58,484 nucleotides of DNA from a virus (taxonomy: Duplodnaviria; Caudoviricetes): IMG/VR virus record IMGVR_UViG_3300020185_003230, positions 1-58,484 of that record; one strand, written 5' to 3'. A model generated the notes under the pieces. That model made no database searches. It was not told the DNA's origin and was given only the letters and a program-made list of their open reading frames with translations. This document shows positions 49,644 through 57,427 of this stretch, piece after piece. The position numbers and the translations under genes are program-made. Positions within the stretch are counted from its first letter, which is position 1; every line of letters starts with the position of its first letter.

Positions 49644-50329
49644 TCATTATCTGCGTGCAAGCTGTGTATTTTTTTATACAACTGGGGGCAGGTGCTTTTC
49701 ATATAGTTATGTGAGTCTGATCTTAATAGAAAATCAGTAAACCCAGTAGCAAAATATTCCCTTAAGGATGTTGGGGCATACGCACTAATAAATATCCCGT
49801 TACAATATTGAATAAGTTTGTCGTAACCTACTGTTTGCAACAGAAACATATCAAAATCTTGATCGTATTCCACTTCAGTGAACTTTTTCTTTGGTACCCG
49901 GTAGCCAGCTGACCATAGTATATCGTGAAGAATGAGTCTTTTGTCTAGGAACTCGTTTTTCACTTTATTGTCTCCGTATATGAAATATCCCTGAACCTCC
50001 TCAACCGAGTGAGCTACTTCATGTACGATGTCATCGACAATATCTAATTCATTATCTTGTTCGTTGGAAATGCAAACCATACCATCGGCATAGAAAGCAT
50101 TGATTCCTCTTTCATCAAATTCTTCGAAATGTCCAACCATGATCATTTCAATCTCAGACATCAGGTGTGAAGGGACCACACTCTCTACTTCTGCAATTGC
50201 TTTATCAAAATCAATATCTGGATTTTCTATCTTATCTTTAAAATATATGTGCAGTCCGCGAGTGGTATAAAAGTCACTCACCTTCTGTTGCTGTCTTTTC
50301 TGGATTTCTTGTAAATCCTTTATAAGCAT
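49640..50329 (-). CDS. Putative Zn metallopeptidase (HEXXH)
   Basis: INAFY...VHEVAH...Y...REYFA gluzincin-like motif set. Confidence 0.65.
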   Translation of the reverse strand: MLIKDLQEIQKRQQQKVSDFYTTRGLHIYFKDKIENPDIDFDKAIAEVESVVPSHLMSEIEMIMVGHFEEFDERGINAFYADGMVCISNEQDNELDIVDDIVHEVAHSVEEVQGYFIYGDNKVKNEFLDKRLILHDILWSAGYRVPKKKFTEVEYDQDFDMFLLQTVGYDKLIQYCNGIFISAYAPTSLREYFATGFTDFLLRSDSHNYMKSTCPQLYKKIHSLHADND

Positions 50330-50573
50330 CGTCTAATCCTAGTTCATAACCTCTGATGAAGTTCTCTTCAGCTAGCACAAATACTAATTCTGGGAATTCG
50401 TGAGCTAGTGTTTGGATGATCATTTCAACTGAGACGTTTTGTTGTTGCAACCTCTCTCCGGCATAATTTACCAAAAGAGTCTTTAACTCAGATTCTCCGG
50501 TCTCTGTTGGTAATGCCAAGAGAGGATTCATATGAGCTTCTTGCTCTGTAAGTGCTTTGATGTTGTCACTCAT
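50274..50573 (-). CDS. Hypothetical protein
   Basis: 99-aa ORF with AGGAG SD. Confidence 0.6.
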   Translation of the reverse strand: MSDNIKALTEQEAHMNPLLALPTETGESELKTLLVNYAGERLQQQNVSVEMIIQTLAHEFPELVFVLAEENFIRGYELGLDDAYKGFTRNPEKTATEGE

Positions 50574-50589
50574 AATAAGTTCTCCTTCT

Positions 50590-51921
50590 TTATAGTACTT
50601 TAGATGCGAGGGTAGCTAGTTCCGATCTCTCACCCTTCTTGAAGGTCATATGTCCGGAAATACGATATGACTTGAATTTCTCTACAGCATGAGCAAGACC
50701 ATTAGATGTCTCGTTCACATACATATTGTCGATTTGCTCAACATCTCCAGTTAAGATAATCTTCGTACCCTCACCAATGCGAGTAATAATTGTCTTAATT
50801 TCATGCTTTGTTAAGTTCTGAGCCTCGTCGATTACAATAAATGCGTTTGAGATAGAGCGTCCACGAATGTATGTGAGGGCTTCGATCTCAATCTTTCCCT
50901 TATCTATATACATCTCAAGCGAGGTACGGTCACCCATCAAGAACTTAAGGTTATCCTGAATTGGCATCAACCAAGGGAGCATTTTTTCTTCCATGGTTCC
51001 CGGCAGGAATCCGATGTCCTTTCCGAGTGGTTGAATCGGACGAGAAACTATCAAACGAGAATAATAATTGTTCTCAGAACGCAATCCGATCGTTTGCTGC
51101 AATCCAGCAGCAATTGCCAAAAGAGTCTTTCCCGATCCTGCTCTACCAACAAGCGAAACAATCTTAATATCAGGGTCCATTAGCATATCAATAGCAAATG
51201 CCTGTTCTTTGTTTCTGGCATCTATTTTCCAATCATGAAGCTTCTTATGAACCATAGGTCTCAAGGGCTCGTGATGATTTATAAAGCGAGCTAGTGCAGA
51301 TTTCTTTTCATTAGCATTCGAAACCATCATAACATATTGATTTGCGTGCATCTTTTCTACAGCTTCGTCCTCTCGAAGAAAGATCTCATCACCTGCATAA
51401 TACCGGTCTATCACCTCATCATCAAAAGGCTGTATCGAAAAACCAGCATATAATTCATCAGAAGAAATAACCGCCCGATCAGTCTTATAATCTTCTGCCG
51501 GCAGTCCAATTGAATCACAAATAACTCGCATGTTAATATCACGAGAAACCATAATTGTTCGACGAGTGCCGGATGCCTGAATTGACTTCGCGGTAGCTAT
51601 AATCGTATGATCTGGAATTTTAATATCTAGTTCTGCTGGAAATATACTCTCATCTATATGAGGGAGTGGAACTACTTTTATAATCCCCTTTCCTTTCTCA
51701 ATCCTTATTCCAGATTCTAAATTACCTTTTCCTCTGAATTCATCTAATGTACGAATAAATATTCTAGCGTTGGCTCCAACAGAATCTTGTCTCTTCTTAT
51801 GGTTGTCAACTTCTTCCAATACTTTAAGTGGTATGAAAATATCGTGATTATCAAATTTGAATATAGACAGAGCATCTGTCAGGAAGACACTGGTATCAAT
51901 AACGTAATTTTTCTTAGCCAT
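50590..51921 (-). CDS. phoH: PIN-domain PhoH-family ATPase (PhoH2/YlaK-like)
   Basis: YVIDTSV PIN motif, GRAGSGKT Walker A, IGFLPG, YIRGRS, DEAQN and GDVEQID. Start reassigned to MAKKNY. Confidence 0.93.
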   Translation of the reverse strand: MAKKNYVIDTSVFLTDALSIFKFDNHDIFIPLKVLEEVDNHKKRQDSVGANARIFIRTLDEFRGKGNLESGIRIEKGKGIIKVVPLPHIDESIFPAELDIKIPDHTIIATAKSIQASGTRRTIMVSRDINMRVICDSIGLPAEDYKTDRAVISSDELYAGFSIQPFDDEVIDRYYAGDEIFLREDEAVEKMHANQYVMMVSNANEKKSALARFINHHEPLRPMVHKKLHDWKIDARNKEQAFAIDMLMDPDIKIVSLVGRAGSGKTLLAIAAGLQQTIGLRSENNYYSRLIVSRPIQPLGKDIGFLPGTMEEKMLPWLMPIQDNLKFLMGDRTSLEMYIDKGKIEIEALTYIRGRSISNAFIVIDEAQNLTKHEIKTIITRIGEGTKIILTGDVEQIDNMYVNETSNGLAHAVEKFKSYRISGHMTFKKGERSELATLASKVL

Positions 51922-51985
51922 GTTTTGCTGCTCTCGGTGGGCACAGTAAATAGTGAAGTTTAGACATTTGATGTCTTCTGGTTTC

Positions 51986-52014
51986 ATTATAGATTTGTTT
52001 CTGCAATCTGTATA
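51986..52014 (-). promoter_or_regulatory. sigma70-like promoter, TATACA variant
   Basis: TATACA (52014-52009), 17 nt spacer, TATAAT (51991-51986). Confidence 0.5.
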
Positions 52015-52033
52015 TCTTATTTTTAATTAAAGG

Positions 52034-52118
52034 CGGAGAGAGAGGGATTCGAACCCTCGGTAGGTTGCCCCACACTCGCTTTCCAAGCGAGCACCTTCGT
52101 CCACTCGGTCATCTCTCC
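52034..52118 (-). tRNA. tRNA-Ser(GGA)
   Basis: GGAGAGA/TCTCTCC acceptor stem, CTCGC-TTGGAAA-GCGAG anticodon arm, long variable arm, GTTCGAATC T-loop. Ends G-CCT, so CCA is not fully encoded. Confidence 0.95.
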
Positions 52119-52129
52119 TTTTCTTTAAA

Positions 52130-52205
52130 TGGAGCCACTTAACAGATTCGAACTGTTGACCTACGGTTTACAAAACCGTTGCTCTACCAACTGAGCTAAA
52201 GTGGC
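52130..52205 (-). tRNA. tRNA-Thr(TGT)
   Basis: GCCACTT/AAGTGGC acceptor stem, ACGGT-TTTGTAA-ACCGT anticodon arm, GTTCGAATC T-loop, encoded CCA. Confidence 0.96.
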
Positions 52206-52217
52206 ATTAGTTTTTAA

Positions 52218-52246
52218 ATTATACTCCACATTCTTGTCAATGTATA
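52218..52246 (-). promoter_or_regulatory. Promoter for the tRNA pair, TATACA variant
   Basis: TATACA (52246-52241), 17 nt spacer, TATAAT (52223-52218), ending 12 nt before tRNA-Thr. Confidence 0.6.
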
Positions 52247-52251
52247 ATATA

Positions 52252-52863
52252 TTATTTAACGGGTGGTACTTTTCCAGATCTTAAAACAATTTCACATATG
52301 TGTTCTAGCCTCTCAATATGTTCAAAAGCATCCCACGGTGTTTTGCCAACTGCACATACTCCATGGTTTGCTTGACCAACAACTTCATATTCCAGGCTGC
52401 CGTCTCTTTTGAGACCAAACGCAATTGAGGTTTTGTCTGCTAGGGCTTGAGATATTGCCGGCAATTTTGGTACATTTGGACCAACACGAGTATATCGAAA
52501 CACTTCTGGGAAGTCTTCTGCTAATGCTTGTAAATCCCAGCCGGCATACATAGCTGCCACTATATTCGTCGAATGAACGTGTAAAACACATCTAGTTTTT
52601 TTTGTATTCTGCAAAAGCTGCCAATGCATCTCAAGCTCTCCAGAAGGTGAACTGTTTTTGTCCAATATCAGGCGGCTATTACTGCCAGGAGCAATCTTTA
52701 TTCTAAGAACGGACTCAGGGTGTATTATGTTTTTTCTAACAGCAGAAGGGGTTATAGCAATCTTTAATTCTCCCTTTCTTCGAACCGAGCAGTTTCCATC
52801 GCGGGTGGTTATCCATCCCCGCTTGTAACACTCTCTCATAACATCGCCAATTGCAGTAATCAT
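52252..52863 (-). CDS. Class II aldolase/adducin-family protein (FucA/MtnB-like)
   Basis: GNCSVR, ITPS, PSGELEMH, HVHS and NHGV metal-binding motifs. Confidence 0.88.
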   Translation of the reverse strand: MITAIGDVMRECYKRGWITTRDGNCSVRRKGELKIAITPSAVRKNIIHPESVLRIKIAPGSNSRLILDKNSSPSGELEMHWQLLQNTKKTRCVLHVHSTNIVAAMYAGWDLQALAEDFPEVFRYTRVGPNVPKLPAISQALADKTSIAFGLKRDGSLEYEVVGQANHGVCAVGKTPWDAFEHIERLEHICEIVLRSGKVPPVK

Positions 52864-52881
52864 AGACTTAAATAGACAAGA

Positions 52882-52965
52882 ATAAAAAGAAAAGCCGGTT
52901 TTTCATCTAGAAGCAGGAAAACCGGCAAACCTCTGCCTACGTGACGATCGGCAGCCACGTTTTGC
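52882..52965 (-). ncRNA. Candidate structured small RNA (tandem pseudoknots plus terminator-like end)
   Basis: Interleaved helices ACGTGG/TCACGT and CTGCC/GGCAG, then a GCCGGTTTT/AAAACCGGC stem followed by TTTTCTTTTT. GC-rich island in an AT-rich intergenic gap. Confidence 0.5.
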
Positions 52966-53005
52966 TTATATAGCGAGCAAAATAGCGCTTTGAATCAACA
53001 ATCCT

Positions 53006-53257
53006 TTACGGCTTATCAATCCAGATAATAACGTTGTCACTTCTGTAATTGTTTTTAATATAGCTAGCTGATGTTGTCAGTGGCAAGATATCATTTATAT
53101 TTATTATTGCAGATACTAGGTTATCCCCACCACCTACAAGAGCTGGGAAGTCAATAATTAAGCTTTTCAAAACTAAAGCCTTCTGTTCAGTTGGGTACCA
53201 AAAATTATTGTGACCTATTTCAGACAAATAACAAACGATATATTCCTCTGTTTTCAT
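53006..53257 (-). CDS. Hypothetical protein
   Basis: 83-aa ORF with ATGA overlap to the HNH stop. Confidence 0.55.
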   Translation of the reverse strand: MKTEEYIVCYLSEIGHNNFWYPTEQKALVLKSLIIDFPALVGGGDNLVSAIININDILPLTTSASYIKNNYRSDNVIIWIDKP

Positions 53258-53784
53258 ATTTTCTCATCCCACAAATAATTAATCCATATATCACTCATTT
53301 GTTCTTTGTTTATGTGCCTTAAAATACTTGGTTTTGGTTTAATCGGCTCTTTTAACGGATGCATACCTGACTCTTTCGTGGTTTTGCATCCCTTTTTTTG
53401 ATTACACTTTCGGCACGCCGCAACTAAGTTTTCCCATATATTTCTGCCTCCTCTACTTTTTGGTAAAATATGGTCCATAGTCAAATGTTCAGTAGCGAAT
53501 GTCTTTCCGCAATATTGGCAAACATTCTTGTCTCTCATCACTACATTTCTTCTATTGCAGGACACTATTGTAAACTTAAAGTTTACTATTGTGTTTAGAA
53601 CGATGACAGAAGGTAGGCTAAATGATCGAGTCGGGGAGTTGACTACAACCCCTTCATACGATTCTATTGTTTTAGCTTTTCCGACAAGACACATAACCAG
53701 AGCTTCTAGTGCATCAATGACTGCGATAGGTCGATAGGTGGAATCTAATTTTAATGCTTTCATTTGTTTTGGATCCACGACCAT
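53254..53784 (-). CDS. HNH endonuclease (McrA-like)
   Basis: RDKNVCQYCG...TMDHILPKSRGG...WENLVAACRKCNQKKG. Confidence 0.92.
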   Translation of the reverse strand: MVVDPKQMKALKLDSTYRPIAVIDALEALVMCLVGKAKTIESYEGVVVNSPTRSFSLPSVIVLNTIVNFKFTIVSCNRRNVVMRDKNVCQYCGKTFATEHLTMDHILPKSRGGRNIWENLVAACRKCNQKKGCKTTKESGMHPLKEPIKPKPSILRHINKEQMSDIWINYLWDEKI

Positions 53785-53815
53785 ACCATAACTATGCCAA
53801 TAAAGGTTTCAAAGT

Positions 53816-54310
53816 TTATCTATCTGATTCTGTAGAAGTCGTTCTATTTGGGGGTACTTGAAAATCTCTAACTTTTCTGGCTAAATCAGATGAGCTATCT
53901 AGCTTTTCTTCTCCACCAATAGCCCACAGTAATTCCACACCTATCTCTTCGCAAACAGACTGTTCTGGCGTATTTGCTTTTCCTCGATCTCCACCATTAG
54001 CAAAATAAGTTGGCTTTAATCTTCTAATCGCTTCGCATACAGTGTTATCACTGTCATCTACTGAGTCGACCAAAATAACTCCTTTGATTGCGTTAAGGAT
54101 TTCGATACGGCGCTCGAACTCCATAAATACAAAGCCCTTCTTTCTAAATAACCAATCATCGGAATTGGCTATTATAATCACGTTTCCGTATTCGGCTGCG
54201 TGCCTAATCATTCGAATATGTCCTGCGTGAACTGGATCAAACCCGCCAGAAACCATTATTGTTGGCTTTTCGTTCTCATTCTCATCAAACATATCACCGT
54301 GAACAGTCAT
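53816..54310 (-). CDS. Cytidylyltransferase-family protein (TagD/RfaE-like)
   Basis: SGGFDPVHAGH, NSDDWL..KKG, FANGGDR and SSS motifs. Confidence 0.88.
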   Translation of the reverse strand: MTVHGDMFDENENEKPTIMVSGGFDPVHAGHIRMIRHAAEYGNVIIIANSDDWLFRKKGFVFMEFERRIEILNAIKGVILVDSVDDSDNTVCEAIRRLKPTYFANGGDRGKANTPEQSVCEEIGVELLWAIGGEEKLDSSSDLARKVRDFQVPPNRTTSTESDR

Positions 54311-54336
54311 TTGCCTTCTCTTGTTTAGTTTTGCTT

Positions 54337-54364
54337 ATTATAGCATGCTAAAAATATTTGTATA
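54337..54364 (-). promoter_or_regulatory. sigma70-like promoter, extended -10 with TATACA -35
   Basis: TATACA (54364-54359), 16 nt spacer, TATAAT (54342-54337) preceded by TGC. Confidence 0.55.
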
Positions 54365-54369
54365 GAAGA

Positions 54370-55383
54370 TTATGGTCCAGTATCGCCGGTATCAGCTCCA
54401 TAAGGATTTTCTGGATCGTAGTGATATGCCACGTCTACACTATCATTTGATTCTGGTATGTTTGTGAAATATACCGTATTATTAGACCGGTCGTAATACC
54501 AGTCCCAGTTGGGTACACCATTAACGAACACCCTCATAGAGGATTCGTGAGATGGAAAATAGGTTAATTCAATGAACTCATATGGTTCAAGACGTGAAGA
54601 AGCATCTTTAACTCCAGATGCCCAATCTATATCACATATATCGACTATGACTCCTCCAAAAAAGTTAGTTACCTCCATATACCGATAGCCAATGTTAGAC
54701 GCAACAGGAGACGGTGTACACACTGAGTCAGCTTTATTTACATTAATTATGCTAGCAATATACCCAGAGCCACCACGCTGGTTTCCATACCAAGACTTAA
54801 AATCATCAACGTTATAAAAATTTGTATTACTCTGTTCTTCCTCATCGGAGACAAATACAACAAGCAGCGCTGCATCTTGTCTCATCCAAGTAGAGGCATA
54901 TGGATTATTAGTTATGTATTCATATACTGCATCGAAGCCTTTCTCTTGCGCACCAAACTTCATTATGCTAAACATATTTATAGCATCACCGATATCGTCT
55001 CCGGGTACTAAAGGAAACTGAGCTTCGAGAGCAGAAGCATATGGATCGCTGCTCATCATAGCTAAACGCCAGCCAGATTCTGGCAGAGCGTTCATCATAG
55101 CTTCAATTCCTGCTAATAATTCTGGATCATATTCATCCATTGAGCACGATCTATCGATAACCCACAATATATCAACACCATCAACACTTGACGGTTGAGT
55201 AAACGAGTCGACCCAGATCTCTCCATATTCGGTGCTCCTGGGTACATCTGTTAATATATAACCTGGAACTTCAAATCTATTATTTTCACGCTCACCGTGA
55301 ACAACATAGTCAATGCTGCTGCTGCAACCACCAAGCACTGTTATAAATAGCATTATAGCTAATTTTAATAAGTTATGTACCAT
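54370..55383 (-). CDS. vWA-domain lipoprotein
   Basis: Signal peptide with lipobox LGGC, MIDAS motif VDILWVIDRSCSM, WMRQDAALLVVFVSDEEE, C-terminal DTGDTG. Confidence 0.75.
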   Translation of the reverse strand: MVHNLLKLAIMLFITVLGGCSSSIDYVVHGERENNRFEVPGYILTDVPRSTEYGEIWVDSFTQPSSVDGVDILWVIDRSCSMDEYDPELLAGIEAMMNALPESGWRLAMMSSDPYASALEAQFPLVPGDDIGDAINMFSIMKFGAQEKGFDAVYEYITNNPYASTWMRQDAALLVVFVSDEEEQSNTNFYNVDDFKSWYGNQRGGSGYIASIINVNKADSVCTPSPVASNIGYRYMEVTNFFGGVIVDICDIDWASGVKDASSRLEPYEFIELTYFPSHESSMRVFVNGVPNWDWYYDRSNNTVYFTNIPESNDSVDVAYHYDPENPYGADTGDTGP

Positions 55384-55565
55384 CCCTATTAATACGTAGA
55401 GATGGGATTCGTAAAAAGTTGGTGTTCTTCTACATTTCTTTGATAGCTAGCATCATCTGTAGCCATCTGATAATCAGAACCCTAGACTTTTGGGCTCTTA
55501 AACAACATTAATGTCTTTTTTGAATCTTAGATAAAAATATTGTTTTAGTTGCTCTTCGAAGGATC

Positions 55566-55733
55566 TTATTTCTTTACATCAGAAAAATCGCTAATTTCTA
55601 CAAACAGTTTTTTTCTTTGTTTAAGCTTTTTTCTTTTTTCACTTAAGTGCCAAGAGTCTTCAATTTGACTATTGAACGTTTTGTTTAACAAGCTTTTTTT
55701 TTGTTTTCTGTTTGCGTTTATAACATTATTCAT
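55566..55733 (-). CDS. Small basic hypothetical protein
   Basis: GGAGG SD upstream of ATG 55733. Short and Lys-rich. Confidence 0.4.
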   Translation of the reverse strand: MNNVINANRKQKKSLLNKTFNSQIEDSWHLSEKRKKLKQRKKLFVEISDFSDVKK

Positions 55734-56004
55734 TTTTTCCTCCTTTATCACCTATACTGGATACAATCTCAATCATTGAAGCTGGTAATATTTCCAAACT
55801 TCCTCTTTTAAACCAGTACACGTGTATCCTGTCATCAGCATATGATAGCCACGCTAACCACTCTTCACCTGCGTATGCTAACCTGTCTATATAGATGATT
55901 ATCCCATAAAGTGTATGAGAATCTGCCATAAGCCACGGTCTTTCTTTAACTACATCCCCTATTTCGTATCTAATATAATGTGATTTCTCTGATTTATTGG
56001 ACAT
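55726..56004 (-). CDS. Small hypothetical protein (SH3/KOW-like beta-barrel)
   Basis: YEIGDVVK...YGIII...VYWF pattern. Confidence 0.55.
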   Translation of the reverse strand: MSNKSEKSHYIRYEIGDVVKERPWLMADSHTLYGIIIYIDRLAYAGEEWLAWLSYADDRIHVYWFKRGSLEILPASMIEIVSSIGDKGGKNE

Positions 56005-56149
56005 TCTTTGTAGATAATCGGGTGGATCTCTTGCTCACCACGTGCTATTCTATAGTTTATTTAGTACGAAGACCTTTGTGTCGGAGGCACATAATAGACA
56101 TGGTGCCTCTATGATTGATAATCCAGTTAACCGATCAGTTTTAAAGTAA

Positions 56150-56482
56150 TTAGATATTAATCTCATAAGAGGAACATTGTTTAATAAATTCTAAGTATGT
56201 TAGACCTAAGAACCTTGCTGCATCTTTTTTAGAGTTAGTTGCTGAGATAGCAAATATCAACACTGCCTCTTTCACTATTGGAGTCATTCTTCTCCATATA
56301 TCAAAACCATATAATCGGTTGTTTATATAGCTACAAGAAAGTTCTAATTTTACAGCTATCAGTTCTTCTAAACTTAGTGAACTAATACAGACTATATTAA
56401 TATCAGATAATAAACCTTGATCTTTTAGTTTATTAGTGATACTAGTATTGCTAGTAGTTGACCTACTATCTTTAACTTTCAT
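56150..56482 (-). CDS. Fis-like helix-turn-helix DNA-binding protein
   Basis: C-terminal AISATNSKKDAARFLGLT resembles the Fis/NtrC HTH. Confidence 0.6.
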   Translation of the reverse strand: MKVKDSRSTTSNTSITNKLKDQGLLSDINIVCISSLSLEELIAVKLELSCSYINNRLYGFDIWRRMTPIVKEAVLIFAISATNSKKDAARFLGLTYLEFIKQCSSYEINI

Positions 56483-56552
56483 TAACTTTCACTGTTAGTA
56501 TTTTATTTAGTAGATTTAACTTTCATTGTTAGTTATTGAATGATTTAACTTT
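56472..56552. repeat. AT-rich direct repeats TTAACTTT(CA), 4 copies
   Basis: Copies at 56472, 56482, 56516 and 56545. The 56482-56499 and 56516-56533 copies match at 17 of 18 nt. Confidence 0.75.
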
Positions 56553-56584
56553 AGTGGGTATCTTTACGGGAACAGGACAAGTTG

Positions 56585-56613
56585 ATTATAACGATGATTA
56601 ATAATCTTGTCAA
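56585..56613 (-). promoter_or_regulatory. Perfect consensus sigma70 promoter
   Basis: TTGACA (56613-56608), 17 nt spacer, TATAAT (56590-56585). Confidence 0.88.
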
Positions 56614-56626
56614 GCTTTATTTTTAA

Positions 56627-57427
56627 TTATATTTCCAAATCTATGTGAGCGCCTTCTGCTAGCGGATCTGTGGGTTCATCCATTTTCTGCTTTGCAGACT
56701 TGTATGCTTGATTGGTCGGCTCATCTACAGATCCATCCAACTCTTCTTCAAACTTATCAAAGTACAACTTCAGGTTTGCAATCAAATAATCATAGAACAT
56801 TTCTTGGTCGTCTGGATCAGACAACAGTTCATAGTGATCGATTATTTGACTCTCAACTTGCTTGAATGATTCGTAAGCAACATTACGACCGGTAAGATCA
56901 CCCTCTACCCCAGTACCGAAAGCATCTCTAGGATCATCATCCACCTCTTCTTCATCGGATGATTTTTCTGCATCGGTTCTAATATCGATAAACTTATCGT
57001 CTTTTGTTGGATCCACTTTACCGATATTTACATCCAGTTCCTCTCCCATATCTTGTTCATCTAAGCTAGCGCCTCCAGCAGCGTCAGTATTAATTTGAGC
57101 AGGTGTCAAGGTATTAATAACAGCATTGATTATGTGTGCTCTGTATGATTGCCTCTGCTCAGGATTACTAGTTAGACCCTTGTAATCAGTTTCGAAGTTT
57201 TTAATAATCTTCAATAGAAGCTGCTCTAGCACATTGATGCCAGTTGATTTATTAGGAGTGGGATCTACTCCCGCTACTGAAGATTCCGATAGCATTGATT
57301 TAATTTCAAGTTTGATTAATCGATTGATTAAAGCATTTGCAGATTTCTCTTCTTTGATATTTGTGCGCTTAACGTGCCTTATAAGGCGGCGCACATTCTC
57401 TCTTAGTAGTTTCTCTTCTTGATTCAT
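56627..57427 (-). CDS. Acidic hypothetical protein, possible head/scaffold-associated
   Basis: 266 aa with an amphipathic N-terminus (LLRENVRRLIR) and several [IL]xE sites. Confidence 0.6.
   Translation of the reverse strand: MNQEEKLLRENVRRLIRHVKRTNIKEEKSANALINRLIKLEIKSMLSESSVAGVDPTPNKSTGINVLEQLLLKIIKNFETDYKGLTSNPEQRQSYRAHIINAVINTLTPAQINTDAAGGASLDEQDMGEELDVNIGKVDPTKDDKFIDIRTDAEKSSDEEEVDDDPRDAFGTGVEGDLTGRNVAYESFKQVESQIIDHYELLSDPDDQEMFYDYLIANLKLYFDKFEEELDGSVDEPTNQAYKSAKQKMDEPTDPLAEGAHIDLEI

Noticed and set aside
52218-52240. TTGACA...TATAAT as a canonical promoter before the tRNAs
   Set aside because: The spacer is only 11 nt; the TATACA hexamer at 17 nt fits better.
52882-52985. tmRNA, pistol/HDV-like ribozyme or preQ1 riboswitch identity for the structured RNA
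   Set aside because: No tRNA-like acceptor/T-arm or tag frame, and the conserved catalytic or ligand-binding nucleotides I recall were not found.
53254-53784. Intron-encoded or mobile homing endonuclease
   Set aside because: Free-standing McrA-like HNH with no interrupted host gene or intron structure around it.
55498-55569. Programmed -1 frameshift extending the small basic ORF (IRSFEEQLKQYFYLRFKKDINVV)
   Set aside because: No canonical slippery heptamer or adjacent stimulatory structure; equally explained by decay or chance.
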